Shown in pieces: positions 26,251-37,542 of a stretch of DNA of 64,000 bases (its first letter is position 1; each line of letters begins with the position of its first letter). The stretch lies in assembly GCF_037042905.1 (NCBI RefSeq), contig NC_087251.1:49539358-49603357 (forward strand), read 5' to 3'. This stretch comes from Lytechinus pictus. Taxonomy: Eukaryota. The notes beneath the pieces are model-generated. The model was not told where the DNA came from, did no database searches, and saw only the letters and a program-made list of their open reading frames with translations. The position numbers and the translations under genes were made by a program.

Positions 26251-26521
26251 TTATAATAATAGCTGGATTTATAAAGCACTTTTTGCCTGAGAATACAAAG
26301 CGCTGCTATTATTACCCCGGCTTTAGCTCGAGCTACCATCCCAGGCGCTCAGTGCATGCAAGGAATTACTCCTGCCGGGTACCCATTCACCTCACCTGGG
26401 TCGAGTGCAGCACAGTGTGGATAAATTTCTTGCTGAAGGAAAACACTCCATGGCTAGGATTCGAACCCACGACCCTCTGTTTCAAAGGCGAGAGTCAGAA
26501 CCACTAGACCACGGCGCACCC
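26251..26521 (-). mobile_element. tRNA-derived SINE (family 1) with L2-like tail
   Basis: A box TGGTCTAGTGG, B box GGTTCGAATCC, body CCAGGTGAGGTGAATGGGTACC, tail GTGCTTTATAAAT..(TAT)n. Confidence 0.85.
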
Positions 26522-27105
26522 ACAAGTAGAAAAATGACCCTGGTGGAAATTTGTCACTGGTGACTTATTTCACGATACTGCCAAAATTACTTATAAGTTA
26601 CAGAAATTCCATATTCTGAAATAGTAGCAAAATAGATCATTTTCATATGCAAAAAATACGTAGAAGAAATTGTACCTCGCTTAACTCAGGGGCGGATCCA
26701 GCTTTCGCAAATAGGGGGGCTGAAAAAAAATTTCACCCATGCTTTCCCTGATCGGTTGCTCAAAAGTTGATTTTTGTTTGTTTCTTTGAAGGGGTAGTCC
26801 GAACAGTCACTTCTTAGCTTTATTCTTACGATATATAAATAAATCATCTCATATAAGCCCTTATTGAATAGTGTGAGCGCGAAGCGCGAGCAAATTTTTT
26901 TGGAAATTTCATGTACATGTATTTTGTCCTGGAAATTGAGCATTTCTGAGCATTTGTGATCATGAACAAGATATGTAACTAAATAATTACTGCGAGCTTG
27001 CTTCGCGCTGAAAATTTTTGACATCCTGACCTAAAAATTTGACATTCTAAGCACTGGATATGGATCGCACTTAACAAATGATGAGAGCGCAAAGCGCGAG
27101 CTGAT

Positions 27106-27805
27106 TTTTTTCACGCCTTCATAGCAGAGCAAGACAATAGCGGCGTCAGCAATATTGAAATCTTAACCAAGGTTAAGTTTTTGAAATGTCATTACTTAAA
27201 AAGTATATGGACCTAGTTCTTAAAACTTATACACATAAGGGTAATAGTGTATCACTGAAGATCCTGCCTGACTTTCAGGTCACATGATTAAGGTCAAAGG
27301 TCACTTAGGGTCAATGATCTTTGGCCATGTTTGGGTTATTTGAGGAATTGTCATCATAACTTTAAAAGTCTTTGGATCTAGTTCATGAAACTTGAACATT
27401 AGAGCAACCACGTATCCCTGAATATCATGTGCGAGTTTAAGGTCACATGACCAAGGTCAAAGGTCACTTAGGTTCAACGAATTTTGGCCATGTTCGGGGT
27501 ATCTGAGGAATTGTCATAACTTTAAAATTTTATTGACCTAGTTCATGAAACTTGGACATGAGAGCAGCAATATATCCCTGAATACCCTGGGCATGTTTCA
27601 GGAACATGGCCAAGGTCAAAGGTCATTTAAAGGTCAATGAACTCTGGCTGTGTTGGGAGTATGTGTTGCATTGGCATCATAACTAGTTTATGGATCCAGC
27701 TCATGAAACATTGACATTAGGGTTATCAAGTATGAATGATTGTTTTGCACATGTCTTTGGTCACATGATCATGGTCAAAGATCATTTTGGGTCAAAGGAC
27801 ATTTT
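27106..27805 (+). mobile_element. HINE-like element, 3'-truncated
   Basis: Same head and AGGTCAAAGGTCA-containing repeats as 40216-41245. Confidence 0.75.
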
Positions 27806-28333
27806 CTGATATAAAGGACTGAAAACGAGGTATTTTAAGCATTTTCAAAAAAAAAATTGTCTTACGGCCTACTTGAGAACATATGGTAATCCTCCTATGC
27901 AGAGCTACTCAGCCGTTGATGAAGTGCAGGAAACCCATGCGCAGGAGAATCCATTGATATGGGTGCGCAGGTGCGGTATTCGCGTGGTTTGCGTACATGT
28001 GAACCAACAGATTGCGATGCCAGGCGAGTAGGCCTTTTTTGGGATCGGGCCAGCAGCCTCTACCGGGCCGTAAATTAAACATGGGTATAATACCTCCTTC
28101 GTACATTTCAGCTTTTCTTTAAAATAAAAAAGGACACCTTTTTTGGGGGGGTACCTGAAAATAGGGGAGTCGGCTTGACCCCCCTTAGATCTGCGTATGT
28201 AACTGTATGTTGCACGGATGCGCCTACGCACGTTCATGACGTAAACTGATGTAATGTACCTATTTCGTGTGTAAACATTGCGCCACACGTCAGCGAAAAT
28301 CCATGAACTTCCTAATGCAAGCGTAGACCCTAT

Positions 28334-28608
28334 GGCCCGTATTCTGAACTTGAATTCAATTTAAATTAAACCCTGGTTTAACTATGGAGAGCCAATAGGG
28401 GCACAAATCCCCAACAGTACACATAAACTCATTTGACTCTGAAATTCTCCATAATTGTCTGTGAATGATATCTTAAGTATTTTTTTTCAAAAGGAAACAT
28501 AAATATAAATATAAATCATAAACAAACTTTTTGAATTTTTGGCTACCCATAATTTCATTGCCGAGTTAGACCGTGGTCTAAGTTAAACCTGACTTCAGAA
28601 TACGGGCC
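28334..28608. mobile_element. PIF/Harbinger-like MITE
   Basis: TIRs GGCCCGTATTCTGAA...TTCAGAATACGGGCC; TSD unclear. Confidence 0.6.
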
Positions 28609-29843
28609 TGATATCTATGACTTCAGTGTGCATAGGGCGATTCCCTGCGCAGGTCTATTACGGCTCACATCGAAACTTAATCAATTCAAGTTTCGAAAAT
28701 GATCCATATTTTTGCACCCATTCGCACCCAAAATTCATAAAATGCAAAAAAAAAATTGCAAAACGTAAAATGAGCTGTTGGATTCTCCGAATCATCGATA
28801 GCTTTGAGCTTATTTTGAGCAGATTACGCTGGACTTTGAAGTTACGTTTGGTAACAATGCCGCCGTATGCATTGTACAGGGGTACAATCACAGAGGGGGA
28901 AATTGAGTATCCCTCTGCCCTGCCATAGTCTTTAACATTAGTGATTCAACGCGATATTGGCATCAACGCATTGACAAGCGAACCAATGCACCTATACAAA
29001 TTTTGTGCACATCCGCAAGAGCGCGCTATGGCCGTGCCTAGTCTTATGCCCAGTCATCAAAAAGTAGTCTGCTAGGGCCCACCCATGGTTGCATTACTGC
29101 CGCCGTGGACGGTAAAATCAAGGCATGTAGCATGTAACTCACTCTATGAGCTGATCCTTCCATAGAATTTGGAGATTCCTGGAGTCCAGATTAACCACTT
29201 CCATGCACATAGCCGAATCGATATTGCTACATCTATTATTATATCATAAAAATTATTCCATTTCACTTACCGATCCATATGAAGTCCATTTGGAGACTTA
29301 TTTGAACACTCTATTCCCCTCTGTTCCTCATCTTTTCTTGCTCTTGACGTCGCGCGGCTTGTTGAACGACAACATCAATTTTTGGCCTAAAGAGGGCGCG
29401 CGATTTATATTCATATCAAAGACATGACAAGGGAAAGACTAGGCACCTTAACTATTTTACACACAAATCGACGCAAAGCATTACGCGAAGTCCGTAAAGT
29501 GACCAATCGTTTCATCGTATAGACTTCGGTAGACCGTATTGTTGACGTTCATTATAGCTTGTACTGCTGGTTTCGCTAAAAGTACGTAGATTTTTTTTAA
29601 TTTTTTTTTTATTAGTCATCGTTTTAAATTATTTGCAAAAAAGTGTTATCATCGCCAATAATAATCTTGAATTATGTTTATGAAGGTATTCCATTTATTG
29701 GTGCCCATAATTAGTCAAGTAATCATAAGAATTGCGCATTCAAAGAATTTAGATACGGTTATAAAATTACCGAGGAGCTGAATCAAGGTTGTGAAATTTA
29801 TTAGCGCCACCAACGGGCTTCCTTGTATTTCCGTAGAAGAGAC

Positions 29844-29868
29844 ATGCAAAGTCACTTTCCAGGCCGAG
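29844..29868 (+). other. Candidate alternative first coding exon of MEMO1 (MQSHFPGR, phase 1)
   Basis: First in-frame ATG after a TAG, strong donor GAG|GTAAGC, phase compatible with exon 2, in non-repetitive CpG-rich sequence. Confidence 0.4.
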
Positions 29869-30655
29869 GTAAGCGAATTTGCTCTTTTTTGTACGATTTC
29901 GATTTTCAATTACAATATAAAAATTATTATTGTATTGCTACTTACCGGAAAGAGCCCCGATGAGTAGCGAGAAGGAGTTTCGGCAAATATTACTTCTGCA
30001 ATGAAGCGATGTTTGCCAACTACTTAGAAATCCAGGGTCAAACGCGGTACGGTGTACGAGGTTAGTATATACTAACCTCGTACTAGTGTGAGTGGCTAGG
30101 GCCTAGCCCTAGATGCTATGGCTATGCCTACCATGGCATTGTGTTTTTTAATTTTTTTTTATCATGTTTAACTTTCTAAGTCTTGGATGAGAATTCTGAT
30201 TATTGTTGGGTCAATTTTTTCATATATATCTTCAACATATTGGGGGGTGGGTGCATTTTGTTTCCAAAGCTGTAAAGGGATTTGATTAATGGGTTTGATC
30301 ATATGTCGAAAGAATTAATTGAATGTTGACCTTAACTTTCATCATAATTCCATATCTTGCAGGTTGGTGGCTTAATTAAGCAGACCAATTAATGCTGTTA
30401 TTAGCAGGAATGTAATGGAGGCAACATTCCGCCGGTCTTTGCTTTGCTTCGGCCTCGGTCATGAGAAAGTTTTATCCAGCGGCCATGCAACTCGTAACTT
30501 TTGAGTAATAGGCCTTGACTACAATCCCTGTTTGATACTGTGTGTGGGGGAATTAAATGGATAAGAATAAATCAAATTATTATAAGCATTGAATTTGACA
30601 GATGAATTGTTAACCTTTTCACTCTTTCTTTTTATTGTTAATTTATCTCCCACAG

Positions 30656-30734
30656 TTAAAACATTGAGTGGGGAATTAGATGGATGGCTGAGTAAAGCAG
30701 ACCAGTGCTCTCGTGCGAGGGCTATTATTGCTCC
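30656..30734 (+). CDS. MEMO1: MEMO1 coding exon 2 (VKTLSGELDGWLSKADQCSRARAIIAP)
   Basis: Polypyrimidine tract and CAG acceptor, GTAAGT donor; LxGWL...ARAIIAP motif. Confidence 0.95.
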
Positions 30735-31237
30735 GTAAGTTGATCAGATTTTCTTTTGTAAAAATCAGAATTTGTAAGTAATGTTCAGGGGAGTGTTCTT
30801 GTCAGTGATTTTCACTAACTAATTTGCTCTACAAGCCAATCAGATGCAAGGATTTCAGTAGCTTATGACAACTGTCAGTGAAAAATCATTGACTATTTGT
30901 TTCATGCAATGTTTCCTTGTTCGGGGGGGGGGGGGGGGGTACTTAGTATAAATGAATGATACCTATGTGCCGTGGTTAAGACCCCCATTTTCAGCCTAAA
31001 TTTTCGTTCCAAAGTATCACTAATTCAGAAAGCCATAGAAATCTCTGTTTTTTCTGTAACGAAGACCCTCAAATTTGTGATTTCTCGTTCCAGTGCACAT
31101 CATTATGAACTGACTCATCAGCCGGTCAGAGCAGCGAGCTCGATCAGCGCATAGCCATAGCGGCGTGCTGCTGAAGCTCCAGCACCCGTAGCAAGCATGC
31201 GCTTGCCCTACATGAATCTAGCAAGACGCATGCGCGT

Positions 31238-32620
31238 TCTTGTCTCACCTGCGAAGCAAAGTGAGACTTTATGCGCCACTTTTCTGACGGCTGTGGCATC
31301 AACACCAAATCTTAACCAAAGGTTAAATTTTTGAAATGACAGCATAAGTATATGTTCCTAGTTCATGAAACTTGGCCATAAGGTTAATCAAGTTTCACTT
31401 AAGGTCCTGTGCGAATTTCATGTCACATGACCAAGGTCAAAGGTCAATGAACTTTGGCCATGTTGGGGTATCTGTTGAATTACCATCATAACTTTGAAAG
31501 TTTATGGATCTGATTCATGAAACTTGGACATAAGAGTAATCATTTATCACTGAACATCCTGTGCGAGTTTCAGGTCACATGACCAAGGTCAAAGGTCAAT
31601 GAACTTTGGCCATGTTGGGGATATTTGTTGAATTACCATCATAACTCTGTAAGTGTATTGGTCTAGTTCATAAAACTTGAACATAAGAGTAATCAAGTAT
31701 CACTGAACATCCTGTGTGAGTTTCAGGTATCTTGACCGAGGTCAATGGACTTTGGCCATGTTGGGGGTATTTGTTGAATAACCATCATAACTCTGAAAGT
31801 GTATGGGTCTAGTTCATAAAACTTGGACATAAGGTTAATCAAGTTTCACTGAAGGTCCTGTGCGAATTTCATGTCACATGACCAAGGTCAAAGGTCAATG
31901 AACTTTGGCCATGTTGGGGTATCTGTTGAATTACCTTCATAACTTTGAAAGTTTATGGATCTGATTCATGAAACTTGGACATAAGAGTAATCATTTATCA
32001 CTGAACATCCTGTGCGAGTTTCAGGTCACATGACCAAGGTCAAAGGTCAATGAACTTTGGCCATGTTGGGGATATTTGTTGAATTACCATCATAACTCTG
32101 TAAGTGTATTGGTCTAGTTCATAAAACTTGAACATAAGAGTAATCAAGTATCACTGAACATCCTGTGTGTGTTTCAGGTAACATGACCGAGGTCAATGGA
32201 CTTTGGCCATGTTGGGGGTATTTGTTGAATAACCATCATAACTCTGAAAGTGTATGGGTCTAGTTCATAAAACTTGGACATAGGAGTAATCAAGTTTCGC
32301 TGAACATCTCATGCGAGTTTCAGGTCACATGACCAAAGTCAAAGGTCAGTTAAGGTCATTGAACTTTGGCCATTTTGGAGGTAATTATTAGATTGCTGTA
32401 TTAACTTTCAAAGTTTATAAAATGTGGATATAGGGGTAATCAAGTCTTAGGTCGCACGATCAAGGTCAAATGTCATTTATTGTCGATGAACGTACTATTG
32501 TATCATTAAATGAATGTTTTTTTTGTGAATAATTATTATTTAGTAGTTTTCAAAGTCAGCACTGCTGCTATATTGAATCGCGCGGTGCAGGTGAGACTGC
32601 CAAATGGCGCTCTACTTGTT
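31238..32620 (+). mobile_element. HINE-like element with ~150-bp tandem array including a duplicated trimer
   Basis: subTIRs GTCTCACCTGC / GCAGGTGAGAC; unit spacings 152,153,146,152,153,146. Confidence 0.8.
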
Positions 32621-32897
32621 TTACATAGCTGCTACCAATTACGCCTACGATCTCGTGAGTTCTGGACACGCCGGTTTTTTAGGTAGTAAGTTCCGGAGCT
32701 TTGCATTTTTAGCAATTGTAGATTCAAGAGCCGTTCCGGAGACCCTTGTTTTAAAACCATATTTTAGTTCCAGAGCCCCAACTTTCGACTTTGGCGCGGC
32801 ACATAGGTTTCATGTTATAATTTGAGTGCTCCCCCCACCCACTGGCTTCTTGGAAAGGGGCAGACTTTTTTGTCAGCGTTCACACTCATGTCAGTTA

Positions 32898-33058
32898 TAC
32901 CTTGGTCACATTTGCTCTACGGCGGCTGTACGGTGAGTCGAAAACAGCCGTTTTAACATTTATGTACGAGCTACATATAGGTGGTTTGTATAAAAATGAA
33001 TAAAACAGCTTTTTTTTACTTGCCGTACGGCCGCCGTAGAGCAAATGTGACTGAGGTA
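32898..33058. mobile_element. PIF/Harbinger-like palindromic MITE
   Basis: TTA|TACCTTGGTCACATTTGCTCTACGGCGG...CCGCCGTAGAGCAAATGTGACTGAGGTA|TTA. Confidence 0.85.
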
Positions 33059-33340
33059 TTAGTAAAAAAAATTGTCATGAAAACTCCATCCTACATCTCA
33101 AACTTGATTTGTAGGCACAATGCAGTATGTACACTCAGGGACGTGAGAGGGTACGCTTTGGTTCTGTTCACAAGTTTTCTCACATTATACCCAGTTAATT
33201 TAAAACGTACCTCTCCGCCCTTATAAGAAATAGTTTTTTCCTTACTCAATTTAAGAGCACTCTGAAGATTAGCTTACCCAAGACCCACCTTTTTATTTCC
33301 TAATATGAATGCTTTGAACTCTTATTAGCCGCTGAAATAA

Positions 33341-33768
33341 AGGCCTGGTCACACCGTGCAAACTTTGTTGGAGCGTTCCTTGAATGGTAGGGAGAGGGTG
33401 CCGAATTTCGACAATGCTCGTCACCGCGCAAAAAATGGGGGGGCAAAATAAAAAACATGTGGTGCACCGCTGAAGCCGGCGTTGCTTTAGCGTTGGTTTA
33501 ACGGTAGCAAACATTGGTTTAGCGGTGACACGAGCATTAAGCGCCAAACCAAAGTTCATCACTGCAATGGATCGCTGCTTCAATATTTTGTGCAGCTCAA
33601 AACTTTCGGAGTGGTAGCAGGGACCATCAGCGGTGGCCGAGCGTATACGGCATTGCCTTAACGGGGACCAACTTCTGTTAAACGGTGGTGAACGGTAACG
33701 AGCAGTGATGAATTTCTTTCACTGCTCCAGCAATTCTCCAGCAAAGTTCTGTCGGTGTGACCATGCCT
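33341..33768. mobile_element. PIF/Harbinger-like MITE
   Basis: TAA|AGGCCTGGTCACACCG...CGGTGTGACCATGCCT|TAA. Confidence 0.85.
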
Positions 33769-33831
33769 TAAGTTAATTGTAAAGAGCATTCCAAATCCAG
33801 CTTTTACTCTCATGCACATAATAAATTTTGC

Positions 33832-33930
33832 ATTTATTATTATTATTATTGTTATTATTGTTATTGTTACTATTATTATCATTATTAATTTTTATTATTG
33901 TTATTATTATAATTCTTATTGATATTATTC
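33832..33930. repeat. Imperfect (ATT)n microsatellite
   Basis: Direct reading. Confidence 0.9.
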
Positions 33931-34488
33931 AATTAGCTTTGTATTATGAATATAAAATGATATTGCTCTTATATAAATATAAAGATATAAAGTTCATCAA
34001 AAAAGGAATATTTATATAATATTGGATGGCTCTGGGATATAAGAAATATTGCAAGAGTCAAGACAAATATATATCGCACAAATCATGAGCAAGTGCAATA
34101 TTCTCAGGACTATCAACTTTTCCCTCATGAAAAAGAGTATTTTTCCAAACTAAACACAAAGTTTTTGTAGTGTTATTATTTTTATTAATTTATAATTTTA
34201 TTATATTTTGGGATCCAAATTTCCTAAAAATCCCATCAATATGCTAGTAATTGAGAAGTGCCACTATTTAAATTGTGCACTGCAAATATACAACTAAGTA
34301 CATTCCATTCCGCAGTATCTCATAAAAAAAACACTTTGTTTTCCGTTTGCAGACAGGCTCATTCAGAAGTTAGAATTCACTATCAAGTATTATCCAGTAT
34401 CAACATTTTATGAATAAAAAAAATCTAGATTATAGTAGTTATATCTTTTTATATGTACTGACAAAGACTTTTTTTTTCTTTTTGGCAG

Positions 34489-34557
34489 ACATGCTGGCTA
34501 TAGCTACAGTGGAGCATGTGGTGCATATGCCTATAAACAGGTCGACCCTACTAATAT
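34489..34557 (+). CDS. MEMO1: MEMO1 coding exon 3 (HAGYSYSGACGAYAYKQVDPTN)
   Basis: CAG acceptor and GTGAGT donor; completes the PHAGYxYSG motif with a metal-site His. Confidence 0.97.
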
Positions 34558-35548
34558 GTGAGTATACAGATGCTGTTAAAAAATCTCATGAACATTTTAC
34601 TGCCATTCTATCTTATTCTAAAGATATTTTTGAATGAACATGCTTTTTTAGGTAAATTTGATATTTTCTTCAGTTGCGCTCATCTTCATTTAAGGCAATC
34701 TTTCTGGGATTCAAGGTGGCACTGTTGGACGTATGTACTTGTTGCGGATGGCGCCAACTGCCCGTTGACACAAACATTTTACAGCTTTTACGCAGACGCC
34801 ATGTTTTGAATACCCCAACTCAAAGGATTCTCAGTTTGCATATTCTTCGGCTGCTATTCAAAGATCTTGACAAGTTCGCTCTGCCACCCCCTGCTTTGTT
34901 GTGTCAGGACTCGGGCGACGATTAAGCCAAAAGCAGCGCAGCGTATGTGTACTGTGCATGTGCTGCGCGACTGGCCAATGTTTAAGAGCTGCATACAAAT
35001 TACATTGATGATCTTTATAATGTGAGGTGAGTACAGCACGTAACAAAATGGTCCAACAGCACCCTCTTGAATCCATTGAACGATTACCTATGAGATACCA
35101 TTTGTACTGAGATCAAATTTGAACTAGTGCTGTAATGTCATTTTCATTTAATGAAGCGTCATAGCTTATTGGTTTTCAATATCGCTGCGCCAAAACATGA
35201 CACAAATTTCTATATGTGGGACAATCATAATTCAAGGGATCAAGACACCCACTATTAAACATTTGAACACTATAGTATAAGGCCCAAGTAAAGATGAGAG
35301 AAAAATCTTGCAACAAGCAGGAACTCTGTTTGGTAAAACCTATATTTTCTTGTTTTTGTATTTATATTTTTTTTGCCTTTCCATTGTTTTTGCCTTTCCA
35401 TTGTTTTATTTACCATATTCTTTGAAGAGATTAACATGTAATAAAAGAGTCTACTCTTTGTTCAATTCAATTTTTTTTTTCATTTTCAGTCAAACATACA
35501 TGTATGTATAATATAAATCAGATACAAATTAAGTGATCGACATCTTAA

Positions 35549-36151
35549 AGGTCAAGTCCACCCCAGAAAAATGTTGATTTGAATAAACAGAGAAAAATCA
35601 AACTAGCATAACACTGAAAATTTCAGCAAAATCAGATGTAAAATAATAAAATTGGACATTTAAAGTTTCGCTTGTTTTTCACAAAACAGTGATATGCACA
35701 ACTCAGTGACATGCAAATGAGACAGTCGATGACGTCACTCATTCACTATTTCTTTTGTTTTTTATTGTTTGAATTATACAATATTTCATTTTTTACAGAT
35801 TTGACACGAATGACCAACTTGACTGAACCATATAGTATTAAACAATGCTAATTCCACATGTTCTTGAAAGAGGAATTAATTGTTGTCTCACTTGACATTG
35901 AGGAGAAATCAGAATATTTCACTTTTCATATAATAAAATACAAAAGAAATAGTGAGTGGATGACATCATCAGTCTCCTCATTTGCATACCGATCAGGATG
36001 TGCATATAACTGTTTTGTGAAATAAAGCGAAACTTTAAAATGTCACAACTTTCTTGTTTTACATCCGATTTTGATGAAATTTTCAGCGTTATGCTTGTTG
36101 GATTTTTCTCTTTTTATTCAAATTAACTTTTTGTTGGGGTGGACTTGTCCT
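35549..36151. mobile_element. Kolobok/T2-like MITE (family A), full length
   Basis: TTAA TSD and the same TIRs as 11689-12294. Confidence 0.9.
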
Positions 36152-36397
36152 TTAAAGAAAAGTATTATGAAATAGAGCATATGGAAATCTGTTAATTTGT
36201 ATTTTATATTACAAGTACTTTATATTACCATATGTTTGGATAGAAAAGAAATAAAGATAAGAATTGAGTTGAAATACTTTTCGTTCCCAGTAAGCCTCAT
36301 TAAATATGACAACATTACATGTATCATCACTGTCATCGCTTGACAATTTGAAGATTGTTATTGCCATAATCAAACTTAAGGTGGTTTTGTTTTTCAG

Positions 36398-36510
36398 AGA
36401 GCGTGTATTTATCCTTGGCCCCTCCCATCATGTATATCTACCAGGGTGCGCCCTCTCAACATGTACCAAATACGAGACCCCTCTATATAATCTACAAGTT
36501 GATCAAACAG
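36398..36510 (+). CDS. MEMO1: MEMO1 coding exon 4 ([37 protein letters not shown])
   Basis: TTTTCAG acceptor and GTAGGT donor; FILGPSHH motif. Confidence 0.97.
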
Positions 36511-36523
36511 GTAGGTTCTTAAG

Positions 36524-37375
36524 TTTTTATACGCCCGACGCCCGTCCTAGACGGGACGTATTATGGGATCACGCTCAGTGTCCGTCCGTCTGTCTGTCTG
36601 TCCGTTAACTTTTCCTTGTAAATGTGATAACTTTAGTTTGACTTAACCTAGGCTCATATAATTTGGTGTGTATGATACTAGCATGGATCCCAGTAAGCCT
36701 ATTGATTTTGAGGTCAAAAGGTCAAGGGTCAAGGTCACAGTGACATATTTTTATCGTACCCTTCTGCAGTCCTTGTAAACGCGATAACTTTTATTTGATT
36801 TGATTTGATTTATTTTATTTCCACATTTCAAAACAAAAACAAAGTATATACAAGTATAATAATTTTTTTTTTCAATATTACATAATAGGCAAATATTTTT
36901 TTAACATAATGAATAATGTATATAAATCATTATAAAATATCAACTGTACTGTGAAAATTTTATCTATATATACATTTTCTTTAATTACTGAACATATATA
37001 TATATAGAAATATGGGAGACCTCCATCTTAAGCTTGGAAATTGAAAGTGATGGAGGCCTCGAAAGGAAAGGGGATAGAAAACCAGACTGTATAGTGCAAT
37101 AAAAGAGACTTATCTTTTATTGCACAAAATAATAGGAATATATCAAAAGTGGATAGGGAAAGGAAATTTGATTGAGAGAAAATTAATAACGTTGATAAAA
37201 GTGAAAGTGCAAGTGCAGGTGTGTATGATGCTAGCATAGATCACAGCAATTGATTTTGAGGTCAGAATGTCAAAGGTGAAGTCTCCACCTTCCACTTTCA
37301 TTGCTTGACCAATAACTCCATTTTCCGTGTTACAGGCTGGCGTATTATGTGCTCGCCTTAGCGACACTCTTGTTT
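36524..37375 (+). mobile_element. DINE-1/HINE-like element with (GTCY)n microsatellite, interrupted by a LINE-tail-like insert
   Basis: 5' ATACGCCCG with nearby partner GACGGGACGTAT, GTCCGTCCGTCTGTCTGTCTGTCC, 3' CTGGCGTATT plus hairpin and CTTGTT. Confidence 0.65.
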
Positions 37376-37542
37376 TTATTCATATAGCACATCATTCATA
37401 ATCCTTTTTGAGGGTAACACTTTGATTTGTACTAGTAATAAATTTCATGGTAGTTTCATTGTTGCAGATTTATGAATGTGCTCATGAAATGAACCTATTT
37501 TGCTTGAACACTTTCTACATGATAGAACCTATGATAATGAAG

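Noticed and set aside
27880..28080. GC-rich stretch considered as an HDV-like ribozyme or coding exon
   Set aside because: I could not build the nested double pseudoknot or find protein motifs; it lies within repeat-derived sequence.
33658..34019. Hydrophobic poly-Leu/Ile ORFs resembling membrane proteins (also 11011-11298)
   Set aside because: Translations of (ATT)n and (TA)n microsatellites.
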